In this document: piece by piece, positions 10,501 through 20,583 of the stretch
Layout of the letters: each line of letters begins with the position of its first letter
How positions within the stretch are numbered: position 1 is the first letter of the stretch
Assembly: GCA_964575895.1 (NCBI GenBank)
Contig: CAZNTE010000007.1
Location: forward strand, 24,723 to 56,722
Length of the DNA: 32,000 bases
Direction of reading: 5' to 3'
Source: an uncultured Tissierellaceae bacterium
Lineage (GTDB): Bacteria; Bacillota; Clostridia; Tissierellales; Tissierellaceae
The notes under the pieces: model-generated
The model's database searches: none
Seen by the model: the letters and a program-made list of their open reading frames with translations, nothing else
What the model was told of the DNA's origin: nothing
Translations under genes and position numbers: made by a program

Positions 10501-11172
10501 AAATCTTTTTTTGAAGGATCTTCTAAAAAGATATGGGAAAAAACCCTCTATTATATAGGTGTATTTGAAGCCAGTAAATCCTATGTAGTAAATGAGGAAA
10601 TAGAAAAAATCTTTACTAGGATGGAAGAAATTATCAAGATGCCTAGCCCCTATGATAATATTTCTGAACTACCAAAGCTAAATGATGATTTTTTAAACAT
10701 CTATGGACAAATACTGGACAAGGAATTGGAACCAGTAAAAGTAGAAATTATGGAAGCAGAAAAGAGGGTAATGGAAGTATTAGAAGAATCAAAATTAGAA
10801 GATGTCTTCTTAAGTAAATTTAGACAAGCCTTTATAGACTTAAATAAAAAAGCGGAGTCTTGTGATAATGTAGCCCAGGTAAACGGATTTAGACTAGAAG
10901 CAGATAAATTGAAAATTAGATTTTTAAATGAAATAAGAGATGAAGAAGTTAAGAGAGCCGAAAAAGCAAATGATAATCCAAATACAATTACAGCAGGTCT
11001 TGACATAAAAGTAGACTTCAAAAAAGTAAAAAATATAAGCATCAAAGACATAAACAAATCGTCTTCCTGGCAAATAGAATCTAAAGAAGATATAGAAAAA
11101 TATATTAGAGAATTAAAAACTAGACTAGAAAAGGAATTTGAAGAAAACCAAATATTAAATATTGAATTTTGA
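7585..11172 (+). CDS. brxC: BREX ATPase BrxC/PglY
   Basis: 1195 aa. The N-terminal P-loop [23 protein letters not shown] (GSGKS codons 7801-7815) is characteristic of BrxC. A Walker B-like segment is [19 protein letters not shown] precedes ATG 7585. Confidence 0.93.
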   Translation: [1195 protein letters not shown]

Positions 11173-11198
11173 AAATAGAGATAAGGGGAGGAGATAGC

Positions 11199-14100
11199 TT
11201 GGATAAGTCAATACTTAGAAGTTTTGCCATATACTCTAGGAATAAGTTGATGCAGGATGTTAAAAACAAGGGAAAACTAATAGGGATAGGAGATAAGGGC
11301 ATAGAAAAACCCTTATCTGAATCAGTAGATATGTTAACTTTTGATATAAAGGCTACAGAATCTTACAAAATTCATGGTAAACAAGTTGAGCAATATAAAA
11401 AGCTAGTAGAAGAAATAAGAAGAAAAGAAAATAATTCTGACTACCAAACAGCCTATGACTCCATAGTGGAAGAAGTAGCCTATACTTGGTTTAATAGACT
11501 AATAGCCATTAGATTTATGGAGGTAAACAATTATCTACCAGATAAAATGAGAGTCCTATCCTCAGGAAGACCAGGAGTAGATGAACCAGAATTCCTTACC
11601 CACTATGATGAAACAAGCTTAGAATTTACACCAGATGAGTTAGAAGAAATTCTAGACCTAAAACTTGATGGATCAGCTAAATCCATGGAGGAAATATTCC
11701 ACCTAATTTTTATCAAGGAATGTAATAGACTAAATGACCATCTACCAGATCTATTTGAAAAGATAGATGATTATGCTGAACTTTTATTAAGCATTTCCTA
11801 TATAGATGAGGAAGGAGTCCTCTACAAACTGGTTCATGATATTCCAGAGGAATACTTTGATATAGAATCAGGAAATGAAAATGGACAGGTAGAGATAATA
11901 GGCTGGATGTATCAGTACTATAATAGTGAAAGAAAAGATGAGGTAATAAATATCTATAATGGGATAGTTAAAAAAGAAGACATACCAGCTGCGACCCAGT
12001 TATTTACAACTGATTGGGTAGTTAGATATATGGTAGATAATTCTTTAGGGAAATACTGGCTTGAAAGAAATCCAAATTCTTCTATAAAAGAATCCTTAAA
12101 ATATCTAATGCCTGGAGAGATAGGTCAAATAGATGAGAAAATATCACCAAAGGATATAAAGATATTTGACAATGCCATGGGAAGTGGTCACTGCCTAAGC
12201 TATGCCTTTGATGTCTTGATGCTCATATATGAGTCAGAGGGATATACCAAAAGAGAAGCTGCAAGATTAATACTAGAGCATAATATTTATGGACTAGATA
12301 TAGATAAAAGAGCCTATCAATTAGCCTACTTTGCTATTATGATGAAGGCGAGACAATTTAATAGGGGTATACTTAATGAGAAAGTAAAAACTAATCTGGG
12401 AGTCTTTGAAGACAGCTTAAATATAAATAAAAATCAATTAGAATATCTAGGTTTATCAATGGAACCTTTAAGTAGAAAACTTGCCCTAAATCAAATAGAT
12501 TATTTAATTGATGAATTTAAGAATGCAAGAGAGCTAGGGTCTATCTTACTTATAGATAATATAGATAAAAATTTACTCTTAGAATTTGTAAACGATAATT
12601 CAGGTAAGGGACAAATCTCAATTGGTGAATCAAATATTGAGAAGACTCAAGAAGAACTAAGAAGATTAGTAAATATTGCAGATATGCTAGGACAAAAATA
12701 TGAGGTAGTGGTGACAAACCCACCCTATTTAAATAAGTTTAGTCCAAAGTTAAAGAAATATATAGGGGATAATTATAGAGATTATAAGGGTGATTTATTC
12801 TCAGTATTTATTTATAGAAATATTGAATTAGCTAAAGTAGGTGGATATTCTGCCTATATGTCTCCTTTTGTATGGATGTTTATAAAAACCTATGAAAAGC
12901 TTAGGGAGTATATAATAAAAGAAAAACATATATCCAGTTTAATACAGATGGAATACTCAGCCTTTGAAGAAGCTACTGTACCTATATGCACCTTTGTACT
13001 ACAAAATAATAAGACTAAAGAAAAAGGGTCTTATATTAGATTATCTGACTTTACAGGTGGAATGGAAGTACAAAGGATTAAAACCCTAGAGGCTATAGAA
13101 AATCCCTACTGTGGATATTATTATGAAACAGAGCAGGAGAATTTTGAGAAGATACCAGGTATACCTGTGGCTTATTGGGTTAGTGACAGTGTTTTAAATT
13201 CTTTTGGAAATACCTTAATAGGAGAGAAATACGAGGTGAAGCAGGGTATGACCACTGCTGATAATAATCGTTTTTTAAGACTATGGTATGAAGTATCTAG
13301 CACCAAAATGGGACTAGATATTGAAAATCTGAATGATGCACAAGAAAGTAAGAAAAAATGGTTTCCTTATAATAAAGGAGGATCATATAGAAAATGGTAT
13401 GGAAATAACGAGTATATAGTAAATTATGAAAACGATGGCTCCGAAATGAAAGAATTTACATCTAAATTACCACAAGGAACTTGGGTTAGATTAAAGAGTA
13501 GAGATTATTATTTTAAGGAATCAATTACATGGACGTTTATTAGCTCTTCAAAATTTGGGGTTAGATATTCTCCAAAAGGATTCATATTTGATGTTGCTGG
13601 TTCTTCAATGTTTCCTGGAGAAGACATATATTATGTACTGGGATTTTTGTCGACAAGATTAGCTTATGACTTTATTCAAATTGTTAATCCTACTCTTAAC
13701 TATCAGGTAAAAGATATAAAGTCATTACCGTTAAAAAATAAAGAAAATATTAAAATTAACATACAGAAAATAGTTCAACAAAATATCTCTATCTCCCGTA
13801 CCGACTGGGACACCTTCGAGACCTCTTGGGACTTCAAAGTATCTCCCCCAGCAAACTTTGATCAGTACATGGAAAACTACTATGATAGCCTAGCAGACAT
13901 AGGAGTATTGGTGGATAGGGAATCTTTCTATATTCCTACCATAGAAGAAGCCTATAAGCACTATAAAGACTTCACCAACAACCAATTTGCTAAACTAAAG
14001 GCTAATGAAGAAGAACTAAATCGTATCTTTATAGAAATCTATGGGCTGGAAGATGAATTGACACCAGAGGTATCAGACAGGGATATTACCATAGCCAAAA

Positions 14101-14894
14101 TATTTGATGCTAAAGAAGAAATAGACGAGGAAATCAAGGGTAACAGATATGTCCAAACCAAGGAAGATGTAGTCAAGCAGTTTATTTCCTATGGGGTAGG
14201 TTGTATCTTTGGTAGATATTCCCTAGATATAGAAGGATTAGCTTATGCAGGTGGTGAATTTGATGATAGTAAATATAAGACTTTTATCCCTTGCAAGGAC
14301 AATATAATCTTAATCTCCGATGAAGAATATCTAGAAAATGATATAGTTGATAGATTTATAGAATTTGTAGAGGTAGTTTACGGTAAGGAATCCTTGGAAG
14401 AGAATCTAAGCTTTATAGCTATAGCCTTAGGTGGAAATGGAGAACCAAAGGATATCATCAGAAGCTATTTCCTAAAGGACTTCTATAAGGACCATGTAAA
14501 AACCTATCAAAAAAGGCCTATCTACTGGCTCTATGATAGTGGAAAACAAAATGGATTTAAGGCTCTTATTTATATGCATAGATACCATGAGGACACTACA
14601 GGAAAAGTCCGTATATCTTATCTCCATGAAGTCCAAAGATCCTATGAAAGAATAATGGACAACCTTAAATATGACATAGCCAACAATGAAAACCCAAGGC
14701 AAGTTGCCCAGGCTGAAAAGAAGCTCAATAAACTTACCAAACAGCTGAAAGAGTGCAAAGACTATGATGAAGCTATAGGTCACTTGGCCCTAGCTAGGAT
14801 TCCTATAGACTTGGATGATGGGGTAAAGGTAAACTACGAAAAAGTTCAAACAGATGAAAAGGGTAAGAAACTGCAAATATTAGCAAAGATATAG
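11199..14894 (+). CDS. pglX: BREX N6-adenine DNA methyltransferase PglX
   Basis: 1231 aa from TTG 11199, with SD AGGGGAGGAG (11184-11193) 5 nt upstream. The N-terminus MDKSILRSFAIYSRNKL resembles PglX N-termini. The catalytic motif is VVVTNPPYLNK (NPPY codons 12717-12728). The track start at 11169 overlaps the brxC stop and has no SD. Confidence 0.93.
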   Translation: MDKSILRSFAIYSRNKLMQDVKNKGKLIGIGDKGIEKPLSESVDMLTFDIKATESYKIHGKQVEQYKKLVEEIRRKENNSDYQTAYDSIVEEVAYTWFNRLIAIRFMEVNNYLPDKMRVLSSGRPGVDEPEFLTHYDETSLEFTPDELEEILDLKLDGSAKSMEEIFHLIFIKECNRLNDHLPDLFEKIDDYAELLLSISYIDEEGVLYKLVHDIPEEYFDIESGNENGQVEIIGWMYQYYNSERKDEVINIYNGIVKKEDIPAATQLFTTDWVVRYMVDNSLGKYWLERNPNSSIKESLKYLMPGEIGQIDEKISPKDIKIFDNAMGSGHCLSYAFDVLMLIYESEGYTKREAARLILEHNIYGLDIDKRAYQLAYFAIMMKARQFNRGILNEKVKTNLGVFEDSLNINKNQLEYLGLSMEPLSRKLALNQIDYLIDEFKNARELGSILLIDNIDKNLLLEFVNDNSGKGQISIGESNIEKTQEELRRLVNIADMLGQKYEVVVTNPPYLNKFSPKLKKYIGDNYRDYKGDLFSVFIYRNIELAKVGGYSAYMSPFVWMFIKTYEKLREYIIKEKHISSLIQMEYSAFEEATVPICTFVLQNNKTKEKGSYIRLSDFTGGMEVQRIKTLEAIENPYCGYYYETEQENFEKIPGIPVAYWVSDSVLNSFGNTLIGEKYEVKQGMTTADNNRFLRLWYEVSSTKMGLDIENLNDAQESKKKWFPYNKGGSYRKWYGNNEYIVNYENDGSEMKEFTSKLPQGTWVRLKSRDYYFKESITWTFISSSKFGVRYSPKGFIFDVAGSSMFPGEDIYYVLGFLSTRLAYDFIQIVNPTLNYQVKDIKSLPLKNKENIKINIQKIVQQNISISRTDWDTFETSWDFKVSPPANFDQYMENYYDSLADIGVLVDRESFYIPTIEEAYKHYKDFTNNQFAKLKANEEELNRIFIEIYGLEDELTPEVSDRDITIAKIFDAKEEIDEEIKGNRYVQTKEDVVKQFISYGVGCIFGRYSLDIEGLAYAGGEFDDSKYKTFIPCKDNIILISDEEYLENDIVDRFIEFVEVVYGKESLEENLSFIAIALGGNGEPKDIIRSYFLKDFYKDHVKTYQKRPIYWLYDSGKQNGFKALIYMHRYHEDTTGKVRISYLHEVQRSYERIMDNLKYDIANNENPRQVAQAEKKLNKLTKQLKECKDYDEAIGHLALARIPIDLDDGVKVNYEKVQTDEKGKKLQILAKI

Positions 14895-14910
14895 TTGAAG
14901 GAGAAAGTTT

Positions 14911-17430
14911 ATGGCTGAATTAGATTTAAAACAAATTGAAGATAAATTGAATGAAGAGTTTAAAGGAGATAGTAGAAGACTTGTATTTTGGTATGACGAA
15001 AAAAGAGAATTTATAGATGATATTGAGTCTTTGGATTTAATCAATGCAAAAAAGCATTACCTCACAGGAGACAACTCTTTTGAAACCAAATTACTCTTAG
15101 AAAGAAAAGATAAAAAGAATAACTATCTTATATATGCTCCCTTTGAGAAACCAGAGTCCAGGGAAAATCATTTAGCAGATACTATAAAATATTCCAAAGA
15201 ATTTTATGCAGACAGGGCATCCCTTATTGCCCTGGATTTAGGACTTGATGAAAAAGGAAAAAGAATTATAGAAAGACATATGACCTTCTTTAATGCTAAG
15301 GATAGAACTAAAAGGTTCTATGATTTAGAGGGACTTACATCTGATGAGGCTACTATAGAGATAGGTCTCTTATCTGCAACTCTTAAGCTGAAAGTTATAA
15401 ATTTTGAGGAAGTAGTTCGTATGGTTATGACTAGAGGAGATTTAAAGAATAATACTCATTTAAGTGAGTTCAAGAAATATGGTTTAGAGCATGTATTTTG
15501 GAAGCATATAGGTCATATTTTTTCATATATAGATGAAGATGCAAGTTTAGAAAAATTCCTTATATCACTTTTTATTACCTATGTGAACTTTAGTGTCAAG
15601 GGTAATTTACCAGCGTCACTGGATAAACACTTGCTAAACAAATCAGGAACAATCATAGCTTTTATGGATCAAATAATGAATAATATCCTCTATATGGAGG
15701 AGTTCGATAACCTCTCCCATAGGATATTTATAAGCATTAAGGGGGAGAACTTGTTTAATAATTTGTCTGTAGAAAGTATTATAGATTTAGATTTGTTTAA
15801 ATTTGCAGATGAAAAAATTATAGACTGGATCATAGAGAGACTCTTGGATGAAAATCTTAATTCTTCAATAGATAATATGAAGATACCAGGAATATGTGAA
15901 CATAGGGAAAAGTTACATTTTGGTAAGAGTTTTAGGGCAGAATACCATCTATTAAAATACGCCTACCATGTAATTTCCAAGGTTAATTATGACCCAGCTA
16001 GTGATATTATTTCCATGGTAGATAGATATGATAAGGAAGATTATAAGATAGATACTTATTATAGAAAATTTAATTATTATTTAGATAATACAGGGAACCA
16101 GCATAAATTTGATAAGTTGCAAGAATTAGTAGAAAGTATTTATACAAATAAGTTTTTAAATAAATTAACTAAGGAATTTAATGATAAATTCTCCTTTGAT
16201 GAATTACAGGGAAGATTTAAATTTCAAAGGAATTTTTATAAAAATTATGTGGAGATAACCAAGGAAAGCTTAGTAGTTATTGTTTCTGATGGATTTAGAT
16301 ATGAATTAGCTAAAGAGTTAGTTGAAAAGATGAACAGGGACAAAAAATATGAAACAGTAGAAATAGAACCACAAATTGGTATTATTCCAACTTACACTAG
16401 GCTAGGAATGGCTTCCCTCTTGCCTCATAAAGAACTTACTATAAATGATAACTATGATGTCTTGGTAGATGGAAAAGCTTGTACAAATCTCTTGCAAAGG
16501 GATAGGATTTTGAAGGATACAAACCCTAGTGCTGCTGCTATAAATTATGATGATATAAAAAAATATAAAAGGGATGAACTTAGAGAGTTCTTTATAGGGA
16601 AATCTCTAGTTTATATCTATCATGACCAGATTGATAGTAGGGGGGAAAGTTCTGAAGATGAAGTTTTTACTGCCTGTAAGGAAGCTATAGATGAACTAAT
16701 GGATTTAATGGTTAGGTTAACGGATTCCACCTCAAGGACTAGATTTATTATAACCAGTGATCATGGCTTTATCTATAAAAGAAACAAGCTGATTGAAGCT
16801 GATAAAATTGATTCCTTCTTCTCTAAAGAAGATCAACTAAATAAAAGGTTTATAATATCAGATGAAAATTATGATGTAGTAGGCACAAGGAATTTTATGG
16901 TGGCGGATATATTAGGGACTTATGATAAAAGAGCTGTAACTGTACCCCTTACAAGCAATATATTTAAACTTGCAGGAGGGGGACAAAACTATATCCATGG
17001 AGGGACATCACCCCAAGAAGTATTGATTCCTCTTGTCCAAGTTAAGACCATAAGAGGTTTCAAGGAAGAAAAAAATGTAGCAATATCTTTAATATCTATG
17101 TTATCAAAGGTAACTGGACTTATAATAAACCTAGATTTTATCCAACAAGAACCTATTTCAGATGTGATTATTCCTACGGATTATAAGATAGCTTTTGCGA
17201 ACGACAAGGGAGAAATTATATCAAATGAAGTAAATCACTCTGCTGACAGCAAGGAAAAAGAGTCAGCTAATAGGATATTTAGGTTGCAATTTACTCTTAA
17301 AAATCAAAAGTATAATAGGCATGACAAATATTATTTGATAGCTCTAGATACTAAGACAGGGATGGAGATTTTCAGGCATGAAGTAATTATAGATATAGCT
17401 TTTTCAGATGATTTTGGTTTTGATTTATAG
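14911..17430 (+). CDS. pglZ: BREX alkaline-phosphatase-superfamily protein PglZ
   Basis: 839 aa in the canonical position after pglX. The PglZ-domain-like C-terminal half includes IVSDGFRYELAKEL and ITSDHGF. SD GAAGGAG is present. Confidence 0.9.
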   Translation: MAELDLKQIEDKLNEEFKGDSRRLVFWYDEKREFIDDIESLDLINAKKHYLTGDNSFETKLLLERKDKKNNYLIYAPFEKPESRENHLADTIKYSKEFYADRASLIALDLGLDEKGKRIIERHMTFFNAKDRTKRFYDLEGLTSDEATIEIGLLSATLKLKVINFEEVVRMVMTRGDLKNNTHLSEFKKYGLEHVFWKHIGHIFSYIDEDASLEKFLISLFITYVNFSVKGNLPASLDKHLLNKSGTIIAFMDQIMNNILYMEEFDNLSHRIFISIKGENLFNNLSVESIIDLDLFKFADEKIIDWIIERLLDENLNSSIDNMKIPGICEHREKLHFGKSFRAEYHLLKYAYHVISKVNYDPASDIISMVDRYDKEDYKIDTYYRKFNYYLDNTGNQHKFDKLQELVESIYTNKFLNKLTKEFNDKFSFDELQGRFKFQRNFYKNYVEITKESLVVIVSDGFRYELAKELVEKMNRDKKYETVEIEPQIGIIPTYTRLGMASLLPHKELTINDNYDVLVDGKACTNLLQRDRILKDTNPSAAAINYDDIKKYKRDELREFFIGKSLVYIYHDQIDSRGESSEDEVFTACKEAIDELMDLMVRLTDSTSRTRFIITSDHGFIYKRNKLIEADKIDSFFSKEDQLNKRFIISDENYDVVGTRNFMVADILGTYDKRAVTVPLTSNIFKLAGGGQNYIHGGTSPQEVLIPLVQVKTIRGFKEEKNVAISLISMLSKVTGLIINLDFIQQEPISDVIIPTDYKIAFANDKGEIISNEVNHSADSKEKESANRIFRLQFTLKNQKYNRHDKYYLIALDTKTGMEIFRHEVIIDIAFSDDFGFDL

Positions 17431-17445
17431 TAAAGGAGCAATGCT

Positions 17446-19491
17446 ATGGAGAATTCAAATAGGGAGCTTATATTAGATAAATTAATAGACTATTTTCCAG
17501 GGAAAATAGTTAGAAAAGATTTAACCAAGAAGATTAAAGAAGGGGCAAATGTACCAGTTTATGTTTTGGAATATTTGCTTGGTATGTATTGTTCTACTCA
17601 AGATGAAGAGGCAATTGAAAAGGGAGTAAAAAATGTAAAGGATATACTTGCAAAAAACTACGTAAGACCAGATGAAGCTCAAAAAATTATCTCGAAATTA
17701 AGGGAACAAGGATCCTATACCGTCATTGATAAGATATCGGTAAAATTAAATTATAGAACAGATACCTATGAGGCTGAGTTTTCAAATTTAGGACTTAAAG
17801 CTGTGCCTATTTCTAGCGCTTATCCTTCAGAATATGAAAGGCTGCTTGCAGGTGGTATATGGTGTATTGTTCAGATGGAATACTACTATGATGAAGAAGA
17901 TAGAAGTAGAGTTCCTTTTATAATTAATAAATTAACTCCAGTTCAGATGCCCGGAATAGATATGGAAGAGCTAAAAAAAGCTAGAAAAAATTTTGAAAAG
18001 GAAGAATGGATAGATATAGTCCTTAGGAGTACAGGAATGGAACCAGATAGTTTTAATGCTAGGGAAAAATGGTTGCACTTGGCAAGGCTTATCCCCTTAG
18101 TAGAAAACAATTATAATTTTTGTGAACTAGGTCCTAGAGGAACTGGAAAGTCCCATATTTATAAAGAGATAAGTCCAAACAGTATTTTAGTTTCAGGTGG
18201 ACAAACCACTGTAGCAAATCTTTTCTATAATATGTCCACTAAACAAGTTGGCCTTGTAGGTCTATGGGATTGTGTTGCCTTTGATGAAGTAGCTGGGATT
18301 ACCTTTAAGGATAAGGATGGAGTCCAGATTATGAAGGACTTTATGGCATCAGGATCCTTCGCCAGGGGCAAAGAAGAAAAAAATGCAACGGCTTCCTTTG
18401 CCTTTGTAGGTAATATTAACCAATCTGTAGATGTTTTATTGAAGACATCCCATCTATTTGAGCCTTTTCCAGAAGCTATGGGGATGGATACTGCATTTTT
18501 AGATAGGATGCATGCCTATCTACCAGGCTGGGAAATACCTAAGTATATGCCTACCTTTTTTACAGATGATTATGGATTTATTACTGATTATTTGGCTGAA
18601 ATAATGAGAGAGTTAAGAAAAATATCCTATGGAGATGCTTATGATAAATATTTTAAATTAGGTAGCCAACTTAACCAAAGGGATACTATTGCAGTAAAAA
18701 AAACCATATCAGGCATGGTAAAGCTTATATATCCTGATGGAGAATTTGATAAGGAAGGAATTGAAGAAATTTTAAGATTTGCACTTGAGATGAGAAGAAG
18801 GGTCAAGGAGCAATTAAAGAAAATAGGTGGGATGGAATTTTATGATGTTAATTTTTCTTATATTGACTTAGATAGCTTTAGTGAAGAATATGTTCCAGTA
18901 CCAGAACAAGGTGGTGGTAGTCTTATACCTGAAGGTATAGGAAAGCCAGGCCATATATACCATGTTTCAAGGGGTAAGTCTGGTATGCTTGGAGTATTTA
19001 AGCTGGAAACTCAAATGACTGCTGGAAATGGAAAGTTTGAACGAACAGGGCTGGGTTCAAATTCAGAGGCTAAGGAAGCTGTGGATACAGCCTATAAATA
19101 CTTAAGGGCAAACAGTAAGTCTATAAGTGGGACAATAAGTACTACTACTAAAGATTATCTTGTAAATGTACAAGACTTAAATGGCATAGGTATGACTATT
19201 GACCTAACGCTTTCTACCATGATTGCAGTATGTTCAGTTGCACTAGGAAAGCCATCTATATCAAGCATGGTAATACTTGGTGATATGAGTATAGGTGGGA
19301 CTTTAATAAAAGTAGAGGAGCTTGCTAATACTCTTCAAGTCTGTTTAGACAGTGGTGCAAAGAAGGTTCTTTTACCATTATCATCAGCTGCGGATTTAGC
19401 ATCAGTACCTCCAGAATTAGTTGGAGCTTTTAATTTAATATTCTACAAGTCACCTGAAGATGCAGTTTTCAAAGCTTTGGGAGTAGAATGA
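17446..19491 (+). CDS. brxL: BREX Lon-like protease BrxL
   Basis: 681 aa. It has the ATPase P-loop GPRGTGKSH, a Walker B-like segment VAFDEVAG, and a C-terminal Lon-protease-like domain (GDMSIGGTLIKVEELANTLQ). It is the last canonical gene of type 1 BREX. Confidence 0.9.
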   Translation: MENSNRELILDKLIDYFPGKIVRKDLTKKIKEGANVPVYVLEYLLGMYCSTQDEEAIEKGVKNVKDILAKNYVRPDEAQKIISKLREQGSYTVIDKISVKLNYRTDTYEAEFSNLGLKAVPISSAYPSEYERLLAGGIWCIVQMEYYYDEEDRSRVPFIINKLTPVQMPGIDMEELKKARKNFEKEEWIDIVLRSTGMEPDSFNAREKWLHLARLIPLVENNYNFCELGPRGTGKSHIYKEISPNSILVSGGQTTVANLFYNMSTKQVGLVGLWDCVAFDEVAGITFKDKDGVQIMKDFMASGSFARGKEEKNATASFAFVGNINQSVDVLLKTSHLFEPFPEAMGMDTAFLDRMHAYLPGWEIPKYMPTFFTDDYGFITDYLAEIMRELRKISYGDAYDKYFKLGSQLNQRDTIAVKKTISGMVKLIYPDGEFDKEGIEEILRFALEMRRRVKEQLKKIGGMEFYDVNFSYIDLDSFSEEYVPVPEQGGGSLIPEGIGKPGHIYHVSRGKSGMLGVFKLETQMTAGNGKFERTGLGSNSEAKEAVDTAYKYLRANSKSISGTISTTTKDYLVNVQDLNGIGMTIDLTLSTMIAVCSVALGKPSISSMVILGDMSIGGTLIKVEELANTLQVCLDSGAKKVLLPLSSAADLASVPPELVGAFNLIFYKSPEDAVFKALGVE

Positions 19492-20498
19492 TGCAAGGGG
19501 AGAAGGTTATGGATAAATTCAAGGAAGAATTAATAAAAATTAAAGATAGCATGAGCCAGGAAGATTTTGATGACCACAAAACTCAATATCCTAAAAGAAA
19601 TTTTGAACAATTAATTGATTCATTAGAAAAGAAAGGTATTAAATTCAACAATATTACAAAAGAGGAAGCTTTATTAATTCTTAGGGATATAAATTATTAT
19701 TATAAAATAACAGTATACAAAAGAAATTTTAAAAGAAATAAAGATAAGAAGTTTATAAATTTAGATTTTTCATATTTAACTGATCTAGCAAGTATGGACA
19801 TGCAATTAAGATATTTGCTTTTGACAGCAACATTGGATATTGAACATTCGTTAAAGACTTTTCTTATTACCAAAATTACTGATAACAAGCATGAGGATGG
19901 GTATGATGTAGTTAAAAGTTTTTTTCATTCAACCATAGGTTCCTTTAATGAACTGGATAAGGATACCATTTTAGAAAGTGCTAGACATAAAAGCCATTAC
20001 CAATTCAAATTGTATGAGGCTCACAAAAAAGCGCCACCAGCATGGGTTCTTATGGAAGTTATCAAATTTGGTGATTTTTTAAGATTTTTTGAATTTTATT
20101 TTAGCAAGTATCCAACAGATGAATTTAAGATAGATTCTTTAATGGGAGTGTTAAGTAGTGTTAAAAGAGTTAGAAATGCCTCAGCTCATAATAATGTATT
20201 TCTATTCGATTTATATCATAGTGATATAAACATCCCTAGTAATTATATAAAAAGATATGCCAAGGATAGAAATATAGGAGAGCTATTTTACAAATGTAAC
20301 AAGATACATGATATTCTATGTGTATTTTATATACATGAGTTTTTTGTAAAAGGAAAGGGATCAAGACAGCATAGAATCGATGATTTCAAGGAACTGACAA
20401 GAAAGTTTATTGAAAGATTATCATATATGGCAAAAGATAATGACATTCTATATTTTTTGAATATATTAAATTTGGTTCTTGACAAATATGAAATATAG
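19488..20498 (+). CDS. Abi_2-family (AbiD/AbiF-like) abortive-infection protein
   Basis: The N-terminus NFEQLIDSLEKKGIKFNNITKEEALLILRDINYYYK and the motif VKRVRNASAHNNVFLF match the Abi_2 pattern (YYR...RNxxAH). ATG 19488 overlaps the brxL TGA (ATGA). An alternative start is ATG 19509 with SD GGGGAGAAGG. Confidence 0.8.
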   Translation: MMQGEKVMDKFKEELIKIKDSMSQEDFDDHKTQYPKRNFEQLIDSLEKKGIKFNNITKEEALLILRDINYYYKITVYKRNFKRNKDKKFINLDFSYLTDLASMDMQLRYLLLTATLDIEHSLKTFLITKITDNKHEDGYDVVKSFFHSTIGSFNELDKDTILESARHKSHYQFKLYEAHKKAPPAWVLMEVIKFGDFLRFFEFYFSKYPTDEFKIDSLMGVLSSVKRVRNASAHNNVFLFDLYHSDINIPSNYIKRYAKDRNIGELFYKCNKIHDILCVFYIHEFFVKGKGSRQHRIDDFKELTRKFIERLSYMAKDNDILYFLNILNLVLDKYEI

Positions 20499-20583
20499 CT
20501 ATATACTTATAATTGATGAAAGGACGGTTCGACCGTTCGGCATTAGGGGATTTATTCGCTAATGTTTACTTTAAAATTATATG

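Noticed and set aside
11169-11198. TTG 11169 as the pglX start
   Set aside because: It overlaps the brxC stop and has no SD. The SD AGGGGAGGAG lies inside this extension and serves TTG 11199, which yields a PglX-like N-terminus.
8440-11302. Seven minus-strand ORFs (8440-8631, 8538-8741, 8958-9173, 9417-9710, 10140-10412, 10701-11057, 11120-11302)
   Set aside because: All are antisense within or against brxC. They are Ser/Leu/Ile/Phe-rich, as expected for the complement of Lys/Glu/Asn-rich coding DNA. None has an SD or recognisable motif.
14472-14783. 103-aa minus-strand ORF in the 3' end of pglX
   Set aside because: It is antisense to a well-supported gene and is a composition artefact.
19700-19888. 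62-aa minus-strand ORF inside the Abi_2 gene
   Set aside because: It is antisense to a motif-supported CDS and has no SD.
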